NCBI GenBank assembly: GCA_021789595.1
Contig: JAJYJJ010000013.1
Span: 238-64,237 of the forward strand
Direction: 5' to 3'
Origin: Nitrospirota bacterium
GTDB taxonomy: Bacteria > Nitrospirota > Thermodesulfovibrionia > UBA6902 > JAJYJJ01
DNA length: 64,000 nucleotides
The notes beneath the pieces are model-generated. The model ran no database searches, was not told where the DNA came from, and saw nothing but the letters and a program-made list of their open reading frames with translations. Shown one piece after another: positions 19,357-29,713 of this stretch. Both the position numbers and the translations under genes were made by a program. How positions within the stretch are numbered: the stretch's first letter is position 1; every line of letters starts with the position of its first letter.

Positions 19357-20760
19357 CTACTCGCACATCACCTTTAATTCTTTTATCTTCTTGCTCAGGG
19401 TATTCCTGTTTATACCAAGCAGCCTTGCCGCCTTTATCTGGTTGCCATTGGTTTCCTTTATGGCTATTGTAATAAGTGCCCTCTCTACCTCGCATATAAC
19501 GGTGTCATACAGGTTGACCCCTTCTGCCTTTGATATCCCTTTCATGAAACCCTTCAATCTTTCCTCGAGGAATCCATGTATTGATATAAAGGGTTTTTTG
19601 TTTGTCGCAATATCCTCAAGCCTTATCACAGAACCCTGTGACAGGATTGATGCCCTCTTGATTGTGTTTTCAAGCTCCCTGACATTGCCGGGCCAGTTAT
19701 ACTCAACAAGGTAATCCTCCACCTCTTTTGAAAGCCTCTTCGGTGCGGTTCGTAACTGTTGTTCTGCTGCCTTGAGAAAATGTTTTGCAAGCGGGATGAT
19801 GTCTTCTTTTCTTTCCTTGAGCGCTGGGAGTTTTATCTGTACCACATTAAACCTGTAATAGAGGTCTTCCCTGAATTTTCCTTCTTTGATCGCATACTCG
19901 AGGTTTTTGTTTGTAGCACCCATGATCCTGATATCTACATTTAATGGCTTATTGCTTCCAAGCGGTGTAAACTCGCCTCCGTCAATAACCCTGAGGAGCT
20001 TTGCCTGAAGGTTTATATCCATCTCGCCAATCTCATCGAGGAACAGCGTTCCGCCATTGGCTGCCTCTATCTTCCCAATCCTTTTGTCAGATGCACCTGT
20101 AAATGCCCCCTTCTCCCAGCCAAAAAGCTCTGCCTCCAGCAGGTCTTTGGGAATGGATGCGGCATTTATCGCAATGAATGGCCCTTCTGCCCTCAGGCTG
20201 TTGTGGTGAATGGCCTTGGCAACAAGCTCTTTGCCTGTGCCGCTTTCTCCAAGGATTAGCACTGTTACATCCTTTGGTGCAACCCTCCCTATTGCCTTGA
20301 AGACCTTCAGCATTGCCTGGCTGCTGCCTATCATCTGCGGCGGTTCAAGCTCCGAGACCTTTGCCCTCAGCTTCTGAAGCTCCTTTTTCATTGCCCATTC
20401 CCCGAATGCCTTATCAACCAGTATCTTGAGTTCCTCAATATCAAAGGGCTTTTCCAGGTAGTCATATGCACCTTTTTTGATTGCCTCTATGGCGCTGTCC
20501 ATCCTTCCATGGGCGGTTATTATAATTACAAGGCTGTCAGGGGAAATGCCCTTTATCTCATCAAGGACATGAAGGCCATCCATGTCAGGGAGCTTTAGAT
20601 CAAGAAGGATGAGAGGGAATTTTTCACCAATAAGTCCGATGCCCTCTACCGCCTTCATTGCTGTTGTCACCTTATAGCCCTTTGATTTAAGGGCCTTTTT
20701 TACCACCCATACAATCCCCTCATCATCATCAATGAGCAGGAGCCTTTTATCCACAGTCAA
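19357..20760 (-). CDS. ntrC: NtrC-family sigma54-dependent response regulator
   Basis: [27 protein letters not shown], Fis HTH GINRNTL. Confidence 0.85.
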   Translation of the reverse strand: MTVDKRLLLIDDDEGIVWVVKKALKSKGYKVTTAMKAVEGIGLIGEKFPLILLDLKLPDMDGLHVLDEIKGISPDSLVIIITAHGRMDSAIEAIKKGAYDYLEKPFDIEELKILVDKAFGEWAMKKELQKLRAKVSELEPPQMIGSSQAMLKVFKAIGRVAPKDVTVLILGESGTGKELVAKAIHHNSLRAEGPFIAINAASIPKDLLEAELFGWEKGAFTGASDKRIGKIEAANGGTLFLDEIGEMDINLQAKLLRVIDGGEFTPLGSNKPLNVDIRIMGATNKNLEYAIKEGKFREDLYYRFNVVQIKLPALKERKEDIIPLAKHFLKAAEQQLRTAPKRLSKEVEDYLVEYNWPGNVRELENTIKRASILSQGSVIRLEDIATNKKPFISIHGFLEERLKGFMKGISKAEGVNLYDTVICEVERALITIAIKETNGNQIKAARLLGINRNTLSKKIKELKVMCE

Positions 20761-20789
20761 TATTGCCTCCTTCTTCTTTATAAGATTCT

Positions 20790-21824
20790 TTATAAGAATG
20801 GTATATACACCTTAAATGTTGTGCCTGAGCCCATCTCGCTTTCAACCTTTATCATGCCTCCATGGTCTCTGATAATCTTCTTTGAGATTGAAAGACCGAG
20901 ACCTGTGCCTTTTATCTTATCTGTATAAAATGGGAGAAATATCTGTTCAAGCCTGTCTTTTGAAATACCTGTGCCCTCATCGCTTACACTGACAATAGCC
21001 CATCTCTTCAGTCTTCCTCCTTCGTAGGCATACTCCTCTGAGGGTATCGTCTTAAAGGTTAGCATACCTCCTGAAGGCATAGCCTCTATGGCATTCTTTA
21101 TAATGTTTATAAATACCTGCAGAAGCTTTGCCTCATCCCCTTTGACAAGGGGAAGGCTCGGGTCATAGAGCCTGAGGAGCCTTATACGATGTTTCTTAAT
21201 CTCTTTTTTCAGGAGCAAGAGTCCTTCTTCTATAACCTCATGGATATTCAAAGGGCTTAGGGTTGGCCTTCTTGAGAAATCCAGAAGCTCCTGCAAAACC
21301 CCTTTCAATCTCTCCACTTCCCTCAGTATTAATTCAACGCATTCCACCCCTTCCTTATCTTTAACCCTGTGCCTTAGTATCTGCGATGCACCCTTTATGC
21401 CTCCAAGCGGATTTTTTATCTCATGTGCAATAGAGCCGAGGACTGTGCTCAAGGAATCAAGCGCTATATCATAGCCCTCGCCTTTACCCTTAAGGACCTC
21501 CCTTAAATTCAGCACAATACCGCTGACAGAGCCTTTGCTATCAAGGGAAGGAGAGGCAGTGAAATCAACAAATGTCTTCCTTCCAAGGTCCACCTCGATA
21601 TCCCTCCCTGTAAAAGACCTCCCTGTCTTTAAAACCCTCTGGATTATAGGCAGGAGAGTCTGTTCGCCTGGAAATGCATTATTAAATGCCCTGCCTATGA
21701 TATCCTTTGAACTCTTGGATGCCATCTCCTCTGCTGCCCTGTTGATGAGTGCAATCTTGAGGTCCCCGTCCACAAGGATTATGGCATCAAGAAGGCTGTT
21801 TATTACTCCGTCAATAATATCCAT
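20790..21824 (-). CDS. ntrB: NtrB-like PAS histidine kinase
   Basis: PAS, AHEIKNPLGGIKGA H-box, HATPase. Confidence 0.8.
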   Translation of the reverse strand: MDIIDGVINSLLDAIILVDGDLKIALINRAAEEMASKSSKDIIGRAFNNAFPGEQTLLPIIQRVLKTGRSFTGRDIEVDLGRKTFVDFTASPSLDSKGSVSGIVLNLREVLKGKGEGYDIALDSLSTVLGSIAHEIKNPLGGIKGASQILRHRVKDKEGVECVELILREVERLKGVLQELLDFSRRPTLSPLNIHEVIEEGLLLLKKEIKKHRIRLLRLYDPSLPLVKGDEAKLLQVFINIIKNAIEAMPSGGMLTFKTIPSEEYAYEGGRLKRWAIVSVSDEGTGISKDRLEQIFLPFYTDKIKGTGLGLSISKKIIRDHGGMIKVESEMGSGTTFKVYIPFL

Positions 21825-21938
21825 CAAGACAGAAAGGAGAAAGGACGCATTTTTAGGCGTCGGAAAATAGTTTCATGGAAATGCTAACACATAGGAAAAG
21901 GTTTTTCAATAGCAGGGAATCCCTGAATCAAACGATAA

Positions 21939-24095
21939 TCAGGCTGTCTTCACCCTCTTGACACCTGTTACACCACTGATATTTATAAGCTTCTTTATTA
22001 TCCCATCAAGCTGTTGTTTATCCGCCACCTGGAGGATGAAATTTATCCTTGCATTCTTTGTTGTGTTAGATGTAACTGCCTCTACATGGCTTATATTTAC
22101 ACCTGCTGCTGAGATAACGGATGTAAGGTTGGCAAGAATCCCAGGTGCATCTATAGTGTCAACATATACCCTTACAGGCTGTGTTGTATCTGCTCCCACC
22201 TCCCAACTTACATCGATAAGCCTGTCCTTATCGACTGCAAGACTTTCAAGGTTCGGGCAATCTGCTGTGTGTATGGATACCCCCTTGCCCCTTGTGACAA
22301 AGCCTACGATCTTGTCGCCAGGGATTGGAAAACAACATTTGGAGAAATGAAAGAGGATGTTGTCTACGCCTTTCATTCGTATACCGCCCTGTACCGCAGA
22401 ATGTTTTTGTTCTTTCTTTACGGTCTCTACTTCGGCAGCCTTTTCAGGAATAAACCTGTTTACAACATGATGTGCTGAGAGCTTCCCATAACCGATGGCA
22501 ACGAGTAGGTCCTCAAGATTGTTTATGCCAAGGTCCTTGACAATGTTGAGCGTATCCTTTGATTTAATAAGGTTCGGGCTCAGGTCGTGCTTTCTGAACT
22601 CCCTTTCAAGCAGCTCTGTTCCAAGCTCTATGCTCCTCTTCCTTTCCTCTGTCTTTATCCACTGCTTTATCCTTGTCTTTGCCCTCGGCGTTTTTACAAC
22701 CTTAAGCCAGTCTCTGCTCGGCCCGTGTCCCTGCGAGGTTATTATCTCCACTGTATCTCCATTTCTCAGATGATACCTGAGGGGAACGATCTTTCCATTA
22801 ACCCGCGCACCAATACACTGGTGTCCCACCTGTGTATGTATGCTGTATGCAAAGTCAATGGGCGTTGAGTCAACTGGCAGCTCCATCACATCACCTTGTG
22901 GCGTAAACACATAAACAACCTCAGGGAATATATCGCCCTTAAATATCTCGAGGAATTCCTGGGCATCAGGAAGCTCCTTCTGGGATTGAGCGAGTTCCCT
23001 TAACCATGCGAAATACTTGCTGTCCTTCTCTCGTATATGTCCCTTTTCCTTATATTTCCAGTGAGACGCAATACCTTCCTCTGCTATCTTGTCCATCTCC
23101 TCTGTCCTTATCTGAAACTCTACCTTCTCACCCTTGGGGCCGACTACAGTTGTGTGAAGGGATTGATAGAGATTTGATTTCGGCGCGCCTATGTAGTCCT
23201 TAAACCTCCCGGGCACAGGGGTCCAGAGGGAATGGATGAGGCCGAGGATTGCATAGCAGTTGGCCTTTGTATCTGTTATTATCCTCAGGCCAAGGACATC
23301 ATAGACCTGTTCAAATGGAATACCCTGTTTCTGCATCTTCTGATATATGCCATAATTGTGTTTTACCCTTCCAAATACCTTTCCTGAGAGCCCCTGTTCT
23401 TTTAGCTTCTCCTCTATTATTCTCATCACCTCGTTGAGATAGCCCTCCTGCTCTTCCTTTCTCTTGGCAACCTTGCTGGCAATGTCCTCGTATACCTCTG
23501 GCATCAGGAACTTGAAGCTCAGGTCCTCAAACTCTGTCTTTAGCCAGCCTATGCCGAGCCGATTGGCAAGGGGTGCATATATTTCGAGTGTCTCAAGTGC
23601 GATGCGCTGCCTTTTGTGCTCAGGCAGATACTGGAGTGTTCTCATATTGTGCAATCTATCTGCGAACTTTATGAGTATTATCCTGATATCTTTTGCCATG
23701 GCAAGGAGCATTTTTCTGAAGTTTTCTGCCTGGGCCTCCTTCTTTGTCTTAAACTCCATCATGCTCAATTTTGTGAGGCCTTCAACAAGAAAGGCAATGT
23801 CCTTGCCAAACCTCTCTGCTATCTCGTCAACTGTGGTTGCTGTATCCTCGACAGAATCGTGCAGTAGACCTGCAGCAATGGTAATGCTATCCATCTTCAT
23901 CTGGGCAAGGGTCATGGCAACAGCAAGAAGGTGTTCTGTGTATGGCCCTCCTGCAACCCTTTTTTGGTCTGCGTGTACCTTCGAGGCGAATTCGTATGCA
24001 GATTTAAGTCGCTCTGTATTGGCCTCACTATTATAAGACAGGACTGTCTTAATAAGGGTATCCAGGGTAATAGATTTCTCCTCTATAGTAGCCAT
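21939..24095 (-). CDS. relA: Bifunctional (p)ppGpp synthetase/hydrolase
   Basis: HD motif LLHDSVED, RFKD, YQSLH, EFQIRT, TGS, CC and ACT domains. Confidence 0.95.
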   Translation of the reverse strand: MATIEEKSITLDTLIKTVLSYNSEANTERLKSAYEFASKVHADQKRVAGGPYTEHLLAVAMTLAQMKMDSITIAAGLLHDSVEDTATTVDEIAERFGKDIAFLVEGLTKLSMMEFKTKKEAQAENFRKMLLAMAKDIRIILIKFADRLHNMRTLQYLPEHKRQRIALETLEIYAPLANRLGIGWLKTEFEDLSFKFLMPEVYEDIASKVAKRKEEQEGYLNEVMRIIEEKLKEQGLSGKVFGRVKHNYGIYQKMQKQGIPFEQVYDVLGLRIITDTKANCYAILGLIHSLWTPVPGRFKDYIGAPKSNLYQSLHTTVVGPKGEKVEFQIRTEEMDKIAEEGIASHWKYKEKGHIREKDSKYFAWLRELAQSQKELPDAQEFLEIFKGDIFPEVVYVFTPQGDVMELPVDSTPIDFAYSIHTQVGHQCIGARVNGKIVPLRYHLRNGDTVEIITSQGHGPSRDWLKVVKTPRAKTRIKQWIKTEERKRSIELGTELLEREFRKHDLSPNLIKSKDTLNIVKDLGINNLEDLLVAIGYGKLSAHHVVNRFIPEKAAEVETVKKEQKHSAVQGGIRMKGVDNILFHFSKCCFPIPGDKIVGFVTRGKGVSIHTADCPNLESLAVDKDRLIDVSWEVGADTTQPVRVYVDTIDAPGILANLTSVISAAGVNISHVEAVTSNTTKNARINFILQVADKQQLDGIIKKLINISGVTGVKRVKTA

Positions 24096-24181
24096 TTTAT
24101 ATTATAACACTATCAATTCAATACTGTCTTATGGCCGCACCATCGTCCTTGACTTTACCCCATGTATTAGGGTTAAACTAA

Positions 24182-25717
24182 TTGTTATTAATGGAAGTGA
24201 TAAATGAGATAAGGGATGAGGATGTAGATCTCGGTCTACTGAAGGAGGTGCCCCTTTCCTTTTCTAAGGGGAATCTTATGATGCCCCTGAGACAGCAGGA
24301 CGGCGAGATAGTTGCTGCTGTTTCTGATATCCGCGGTGTCCTTGCACTGAAGGACATTGCAAAGGCATTTAACCTCAAGCCAAGACCAATCCAGACGGCA
24401 TCAGGCGTAATACTTGATGCCATAGGAAGGCTGTATGGGAGGGCAAGCACAGCAGAGGATGTCATAGGAGACCTCTCAGGTGAAGACCTTTCTATGGTAG
24501 CAACCGAGTTTGAGGCGCCAAAAGACCTCCTTGAACTTACAGAAGAGGCGCCAATAATAAGGCTTCTTAATGCACTTTTCCATCAGGCTGTAAAGGAAAG
24601 GGCAAGCGACATTCATGTAGAGCCGTATGAGAAAGAACTTGAGGTAAGATTGAGGGTTGACGGCATCTTACGCAAGGTCTTGTCACCTCCAAAGATAATA
24701 CAGGAGGCACTCATCAGCAGGGTAAAGATAATGGCAAATCTTGACATTGCAGAAAAACGCCTTCCCCAGGATGGCAGGATAAGACTGCTTGTAGGCGGAA
24801 GGGACATTGACATAAGGGTCTCCATTATTCCGACATCATTCGGGGAAAGGGCTGTACTAAGACTACTTGACAGAAAACGGGGCCTTCTCAGCCTCAGCGA
24901 TGTTGGGCTTTCAAAGGACAATGTCAAAAAGATGGAGGATATACTCATAAGAACAAATGGCATTGTACTTGTTACAGGGCCGACAGGCAGTGGCAAGACG
25001 ACAACACTCTATGCTGCCATTAATCAGGTGAAGACAGAGGAAAAAAATATAATAACCGTTGAAGACCCTGTGGAATACCAGTTAGAGGGTGTTGGCCAGA
25101 TCCAGGTAAATCCAAGAATCGGCCTTAACTTTGCATCAGGGCTGAGGTCTATAGTAAGACAGGACCCCGATATCATCATGGTTGGTGAAATCAGGGATTC
25201 AGAGACAGCAGAGATCGCTATACAGGCGTCTTTGACAGGTCATCTTGTCCTTTCTACGCTGCACACCAATGATGCGCCAACTGCCCTTACAAGGCTGCTT
25301 GATATGGGGATAGAGCCGTTCCTTGTTGCCTCATCCTTATACGGCGTATTTGCCCAGAGGCTTGTAAGGGTCATATGCCCGAACTGCAAAAAGGGGTTTA
25401 GCCCGTCAAATGCAGAGCTTGAGTATTTTGAAGGGCTGGGCAGGCCAGGGCAGCTCTTTCACGGTATCGGCTGTGATAAGTGCAAAGGAAAGGGCTACAT
25501 AGGAAGGACAGGGATATTTGAACTCCTCATTATAGATAACGAAGTCCGTTCCATGATTATGCAGCGCGATGATGCCAAGGCCATAAAGGAATATGCTGTA
25601 TCAAAGGGGATGAAGACGCTGAGGATGGACGGTCTTGATAAGGTAATGCAGGGGATAACAACCCTTGAGGAGGTATTGAGGGTTACACAGAAGGACTATG
25701 CCGATCTTCCTGTATAG
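24182..25717 (+). CDS. gspE: T2SS ATPase GspE
   Basis: RASDIH, GPTGSGKTT, RQDPD, CxxC/CxxC; start may be ATG 24191. Confidence 0.93.
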   Translation: MLLMEVINEIRDEDVDLGLLKEVPLSFSKGNLMMPLRQQDGEIVAAVSDIRGVLALKDIAKAFNLKPRPIQTASGVILDAIGRLYGRASTAEDVIGDLSGEDLSMVATEFEAPKDLLELTEEAPIIRLLNALFHQAVKERASDIHVEPYEKELEVRLRVDGILRKVLSPPKIIQEALISRVKIMANLDIAEKRLPQDGRIRLLVGGRDIDIRVSIIPTSFGERAVLRLLDRKRGLLSLSDVGLSKDNVKKMEDILIRTNGIVLVTGPTGSGKTTTLYAAINQVKTEEKNIITVEDPVEYQLEGVGQIQVNPRIGLNFASGLRSIVRQDPDIIMVGEIRDSETAEIAIQASLTGHLVLSTLHTNDAPTALTRLLDMGIEPFLVASSLYGVFAQRLVRVICPNCKKGFSPSNAELEYFEGLGRPGQLFHGIGCDKCKGKGYIGRTGIFELLIIDNEVRSMIMQRDDAKAIKEYAVSKGMKTLRMDGLDKVMQGITTLEEVLRVTQKDYADLPV

Positions 25718-26879
25718 GGGCTACCGCGAAAGCGGCGATGTGGTAACCGGCACCATAGAGGCAGATGGTCCAAAGGATGCCCTCCAGAGGATAAAGGAAC
25801 TCGGCCTTTTCCCTAAGGAGATAAAGGAGTCGCTGCCAAAGGAAAAGAGATTCAGCCTGAGGAGTGATATCAGCCTTCTGCCTTCTGTCACAAGACTTAT
25901 AGCTACGCTTTTATCCTCAGGCGTTCCTGTAATAGATGCTATTAGTGCGGTTGCCTCAGAGGAAAAGGGTTACTGGCAGAAACTACTTGTTGGAATAAAG
26001 GACAGGGTTGCTTCGGGCTCGTCCCTTTCAAGGGCTATTGAGGCATACCCAAAGGTCTTCCCTGAGTTCTATGTGAGTATGGTTGCTGCAGGAGAGGCAT
26101 CAGGTGCCCTTGACAAGGTTCTTCTCAGACTCGCAGATTTCCTTGAGGCACAGGCATCATTAAGGTCAAGGGTCAAGACCGCTACTGTCTATCCAATATT
26201 CATGGTCTTTGTCAGCATAGGAGTGTTGTCATTTCTTTTTACCTTTGTTGTTCCGAAGATAACAAAGATATTCGAGGATACAAAGAGCGCACTTCCCCTT
26301 GTCACCGTGATTCTTATCTGGATAAGCAATATCTTTCACAGATTCTGGTGGCTTCTCCTCGGCCTTCTGACAGCAGGCGTTTTTGGATTCCAGAGGTTTA
26401 TAAATAAGAAGAGGGAAGTATGGGACTCTTTTTTGCTCAGGGTTCCAGGGAATACCCTCAATAACCTTTACATGTCGAGGTTCACAAGAACGCTGGGGCT
26501 GCTTTTAAGGAGTGGCCTTCCAATATTGAGGGCATTGGAGTTGAGTGCAAGGACTGTTGGAAATACCGCGATCGAGAAAAAGGTGAGGAAGGCAGGCGAG
26601 AGGGTTATTGAAGGGGCAAGCCTTTCATCTGCACTTAAGGATGCAGGTGGTTTCCCCCCGATACTGCTGCATATGATAGCAACAGGTGAAAGGAGCGGTG
26701 AGATAGAGGACATACTTGACAGGGCTGCTGCTGCGTATGAGGCAGAGTTTGACAGGGGCATAACAAGGTCAGTCGCCATCCTGGAGCCAGGCCTTATCCT
26801 GGCGATGGGTCTTGTTGTAGGTTTTATAGTCATATCAATACTGCTACCCATATTCCAGTTGAATCAGCTTATAAAATGA
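25698..26879 (+). CDS. gspF: T2SS inner-membrane platform GspF
   Basis: Two T2SSF domains, GEASG, YP, LEP, PIFQ. Confidence 0.92.
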   Translation: MPIFLYRGYRESGDVVTGTIEADGPKDALQRIKELGLFPKEIKESLPKEKRFSLRSDISLLPSVTRLIATLLSSGVPVIDAISAVASEEKGYWQKLLVGIKDRVASGSSLSRAIEAYPKVFPEFYVSMVAAGEASGALDKVLLRLADFLEAQASLRSRVKTATVYPIFMVFVSIGVLSFLFTFVVPKITKIFEDTKSALPLVTVILIWISNIFHRFWWLLLGLLTAGVFGFQRFINKKREVWDSFLLRVPGNTLNNLYMSRFTRTLGLLLRSGLPILRALELSARTVGNTAIEKKVRKAGERVIEGASLSSALKDAGGFPPILLHMIATGERSGEIEDILDRAAAAYEAEFDRGITRSVAILEPGLILAMGLVVGFIVISILLPIFQLNQLIK

Positions 26880-26928
26880 CATTGCACTAATATTTATCGC
26901 ATAACCGCTGATGCGGGAAGGAGGAAGG

Positions 26929-27387
26929 ATGAGGAAGGAAAGATCAAATGGATTTCTGACAACCCATGATGGGTTTACCTTGATAGAGATAATGGTAGTC
27001 CTGTTCATACTTACACTGCTGGTTGCCCTTGTAGCGCCAAAGATAATAGGGAGAACAGATGATGCGAGGATAGCAGATGCTAAACTGCAGATAAAAAACT
27101 TTGAGACTGCACTTCATCTCTATAAGATTGACAACGGCATGTATCCAACAACAGAGCAGGGGCTTGATGCACTTGTTGAACCGCCGACAATCCCGCCCCT
27201 GCCCACCCACTATAAGGAAGGTGGGTATCTGGAGAAGAAAAAGATCCCCCTTGATCCGTGGGGGAACCCATATATATACGCCTCCCCCGGGCTTCATGGA
27301 GATTATGATATTATCTGTTATGGGGCAGATGGCAAGCCTGGTGGAGAGGGCAAGAATGCGGATATTGAGAACTGGAACATCGAATAA
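26929..27387 (+). CDS. gspG: T2SS major pseudopilin GspG
   Basis: [30 protein letters not shown] favours ATG 26929. Confidence 0.93.
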   Translation: MRKERSNGFLTTHDGFTLIEIMVVLFILTLLVALVAPKIIGRTDDARIADAKLQIKNFETALHLYKIDNGMYPTTEQGLDALVEPPTIPPLPTHYKEGGYLEKKKIPLDPWGNPYIYASPGLHGDYDIICYGADGKPGGEGKNADIENWNIE

Positions 27388-27874
27388 AGGAGTCCCCAGA
27401 AAATCGCAGGTTTTCCGGGGTACAAATAAAGGCTTTACACTCCTTGAACTCCTTGTTGTCATAACAATCATCTCCATTGTGATTGGACTTGTAATGCCGA
27501 GGTTTTTTGATATCGGCGGAGAGACACTCAAGGCAGAGGCAAGAAGGTTAGCAGGGATTATACGCTATACCTATGACACGGCTGTTGCCCAGAAAAGGCA
27601 ATACAGTCTCCTCATAGACATTGACAAAGACAGGTGGAAGATCTCTGGCGGGGATGATGTAGAGGAGGGCAGGCTGAGGGATGATGTCAAGATAGAGGAT
27701 ATTATTGTGCCTTCACGGGGCAAGATAAAGGAAGGCGAGGTTGCAATGACCTTTACCCCATTAGGATTAAATGAGCCTCTTGAGATCCATCTGAAGGAGG
27801 ATAAGGGGCAATACAGCCTTATCTTTAACCCGTATACAGGAAGGGTAAAGGTATTGGAGGGTTATGTCGAATAA
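27356..27874 (+). CDS. gspH: T2SS minor pseudopilin GspH
   Basis: [10 protein letters not shown]; likely start ATG 27356 (MRILRTG), overlapping the gspG end. Confidence 0.8.
   Translation: MRILRTGTSNKGVPRKSQVFRGTNKGFTLLELLVVITIISIVIGLVMPRFFDIGGETLKAEARRLAGIIRYTYDTAVAQKRQYSLLIDIDKDRWKISGGDDVEEGRLRDDVKIEDIIVPSRGKIKEGEVAMTFTPLGLNEPLEIHLKEDKGQYSLIFNPYTGRVKVLEGYVE
27383..27432. repeat. Palindromic element with 8-bp direct repeats inside the gspH leader
   Basis: AATAAAGG-aGTCCCCAGAAAATcgcagGTTTTCCGGGGTACa-AATAAAGG; 42-nt period. Confidence 0.8.
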
Positions 27875-28244
27875 CAGGGTATCCAAAAAGTCAAAGAGTT
27901 TTTGGGGTACCAGCAGGGGCTTTACACTCATAGAGATTATGGTAGCCCTTGCAATCATCGCCATACTTTTGATGACCATTATATATACGGTAAATTACAA
28001 TCTCAAGATAATAGACGATGACGAGTTGACAACCACGCTTGTGACCCTGGCCAAGGCAAAGATGTCCGAGCTTGAGGACAATAAGGATAAGCGGGATGAA
28101 AAAGGCAAATTCCCATCTCCCTATGATAATTTTTCATACACAGCCTCTGTGGCCGATTCCAGCCATGTAGGCGTACTGTTATTTACAGTCGAGGTTAATG
28201 GTAATGGAAAGGGCGTTTCGCTTTATGAATATCTACCGAAATAG
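27864..28244 (+). CDS. gspI: T2SS minor pseudopilin GspI
   Basis: [13 protein letters not shown]; gene order. Confidence 0.8.
   Translation: MSNNRVSKKSKSFWGTSRGFTLIEIMVALAIIAILLMTIIYTVNYNLKIIDDDELTTTLVTLAKAKMSELEDNKDKRDEKGKFPSPYDNFSYTASVADSSHVGVLLFTVEVNGNGKGVSLYEYLPK
27873..27918. repeat. Related palindromic element inside the gspI leader
   Basis: AACAGGG-TATCCAAAAAgtcaaagagTTTTTGGGGTACC-AGCAGGG; 39-nt period. Confidence 0.7.
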
Positions 28245-28833
28245 ACTAAGGATTAGTGGCGGCTTTACGCTTATTGAGGTTCTAATATCGCTTGCCATCC
28301 TTGCGATAATACTCACTGCCCTTTACAATACCTTTTTCCTGACCAGGAAGGCGATGGACAGGGTAGAGGGCAGCCTTGTCAAATACCAGGAGGCAAGGAT
28401 GCTGCTTGATTCCATGAGGAGGGAGGCAGATGGGCTATATTTCAAAACCGGGGTTAAGGGGACATACTTTGTGGCTGAGGACAAGGATATCTTTGGGAAA
28501 CCAGCATCAAAGCTCTCAATGACATCCTTTAGTTTCCACGGAGGGGTGGTAGCCTTCTCATACTGGGTAGAGGAAAAGGATGGCGTTATGGATCTCCTGA
28601 AAAAGGAGGATAACCCCATAGTGCCCAATGATATAAAGGGGATGACGGTTGCAGAGGACATAGAAGGGTTCTCTGTGGAGATCAGGACAGGTGACAAATG
28701 GGTCAAAAGCTGGGACACAGGAATAACTAACCAGAGCCCACCGATTGTGAGGTTTACACTGAGCTTTAAAGACAAAGGGAAACTTGTTTCCCTGAGCGAG
28801 ATTGCGAGGCCAAAGGTTGAAGGAAGCCTTTAG
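28225..28833 (+). CDS. gspJ: T2SS minor pseudopilin GspJ
   Basis: GFTLIEVLISLAI, W..SWD near the C-terminus; start uncertain (28198-28225). Confidence 0.8.
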   Translation: MNIYRNRLRISGGFTLIEVLISLAILAIILTALYNTFFLTRKAMDRVEGSLVKYQEARMLLDSMRREADGLYFKTGVKGTYFVAEDKDIFGKPASKLSMTSFSFHGGVVAFSYWVEEKDGVMDLLKKEDNPIVPNDIKGMTVAEDIEGFSVEIRTGDKWVKSWDTGITNQSPPIVRFTLSFKDKGKLVSLSEIARPKVEGSL

Positions 28834-29713
28834 AAAAATAGATAACAATAAAGGCACGGCCCTTATCATTACCCTCCTTGTTGTGGCATTACTCACATCC
28901 ATGGTTGTGGAGTTTGCATATGGCGTATATGCGAACACATCTATGCTCCATAACTGGCAGGCATCTCAAGAGGCATCCCTCATTGCAAAATCAGGGATTT
29001 CCCTTTCAGAGGTATACCTGAAGGAGTTGCTTTCCATGTCGCAATACAGCTATCCAGGCTCTATAGACCTTCCTGTGGAAAAACCATTTCCTGATAAGGA
29101 CGGCTCGCTGGATGTCAGACTTGAGGATGAAAGCGGCAAGATAAATATAAACAACCTTGTATTCCCAAACGGCCTTGTAGATGCAAAGACCTATGGTATG
29201 TTCCAGAGGCTCTTAAAGGCATTGAACTTGAAACCAGAGATAGCAGATGCCATTGTCAGGTGGATAGAGCCTGTAAAGGGACAGGGCATGGAGCAGTCAT
29301 TCAATAAGCATGCGCCTCTTTGGAGCCTTGATGAGCTGAAGATGATAAAGGGCATTGATGAAAATACTTTCAATACATTAAAGCCTTATGTTACTCTATA
29401 TTCCGATGGATTTATAAATATTAATGCAGCGGAGATGCCTGTGCTTTTGAGTTTATCTGATGATATGACACCTGACCTATGCCAGAGGATTATAGAGCAC
29501 AGGGAATTATTCCCCTTCAAGGACAGGACACAGTTGATGCAGGTGCCTGGTTTTGAGACCCTCGGCCTTACCCTTCAGGACAGGATAAGCGTAAAGGGGA
29601 GTGCCTTCAGGGTCGTTTCTACAGGAGATGTAGGAGGGATAAAGAGGGTTATTGAGGCCATTATAGATATGAGTAGCGGCACTTACATAATAAAATTCTG
29701 GAGGGAAGGATAG
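28802..29713 (+). CDS. gspK: T2SS minor pseudopilin GspK
   Basis: GTALIITL, DESGKININ, ININAA. Confidence 0.88.
   Translation: MRGQRLKEAFRKIDNNKGTALIITLLVVALLTSMVVEFAYGVYANTSMLHNWQASQEASLIAKSGISLSEVYLKELLSMSQYSYPGSIDLPVEKPFPDKDGSLDVRLEDESGKININNLVFPNGLVDAKTYGMFQRLLKALNLKPEIADAIVRWIEPVKGQGMEQSFNKHAPLWSLDELKMIKGIDENTFNTLKPYVTLYSDGFININAAEMPVLLSLSDDMTPDLCQRIIEHRELFPFKDRTQLMQVPGFETLGLTLQDRISVKGSAFRVVSTGDVGGIKRVIEAIIDMSSGTYIIKFWREG

Noticed and set aside
26882..26901. NtrC-like site TGCACTAATATT before gspG
   Set aside because: Only one half-site matches and no sigma54 promoter is seen.
27101..27355. Long N-terminal extension of GspH in the ORF track
   Set aside because: Alternative frame inside gspG; ATG 27356 with SD fits a prepilin leader.
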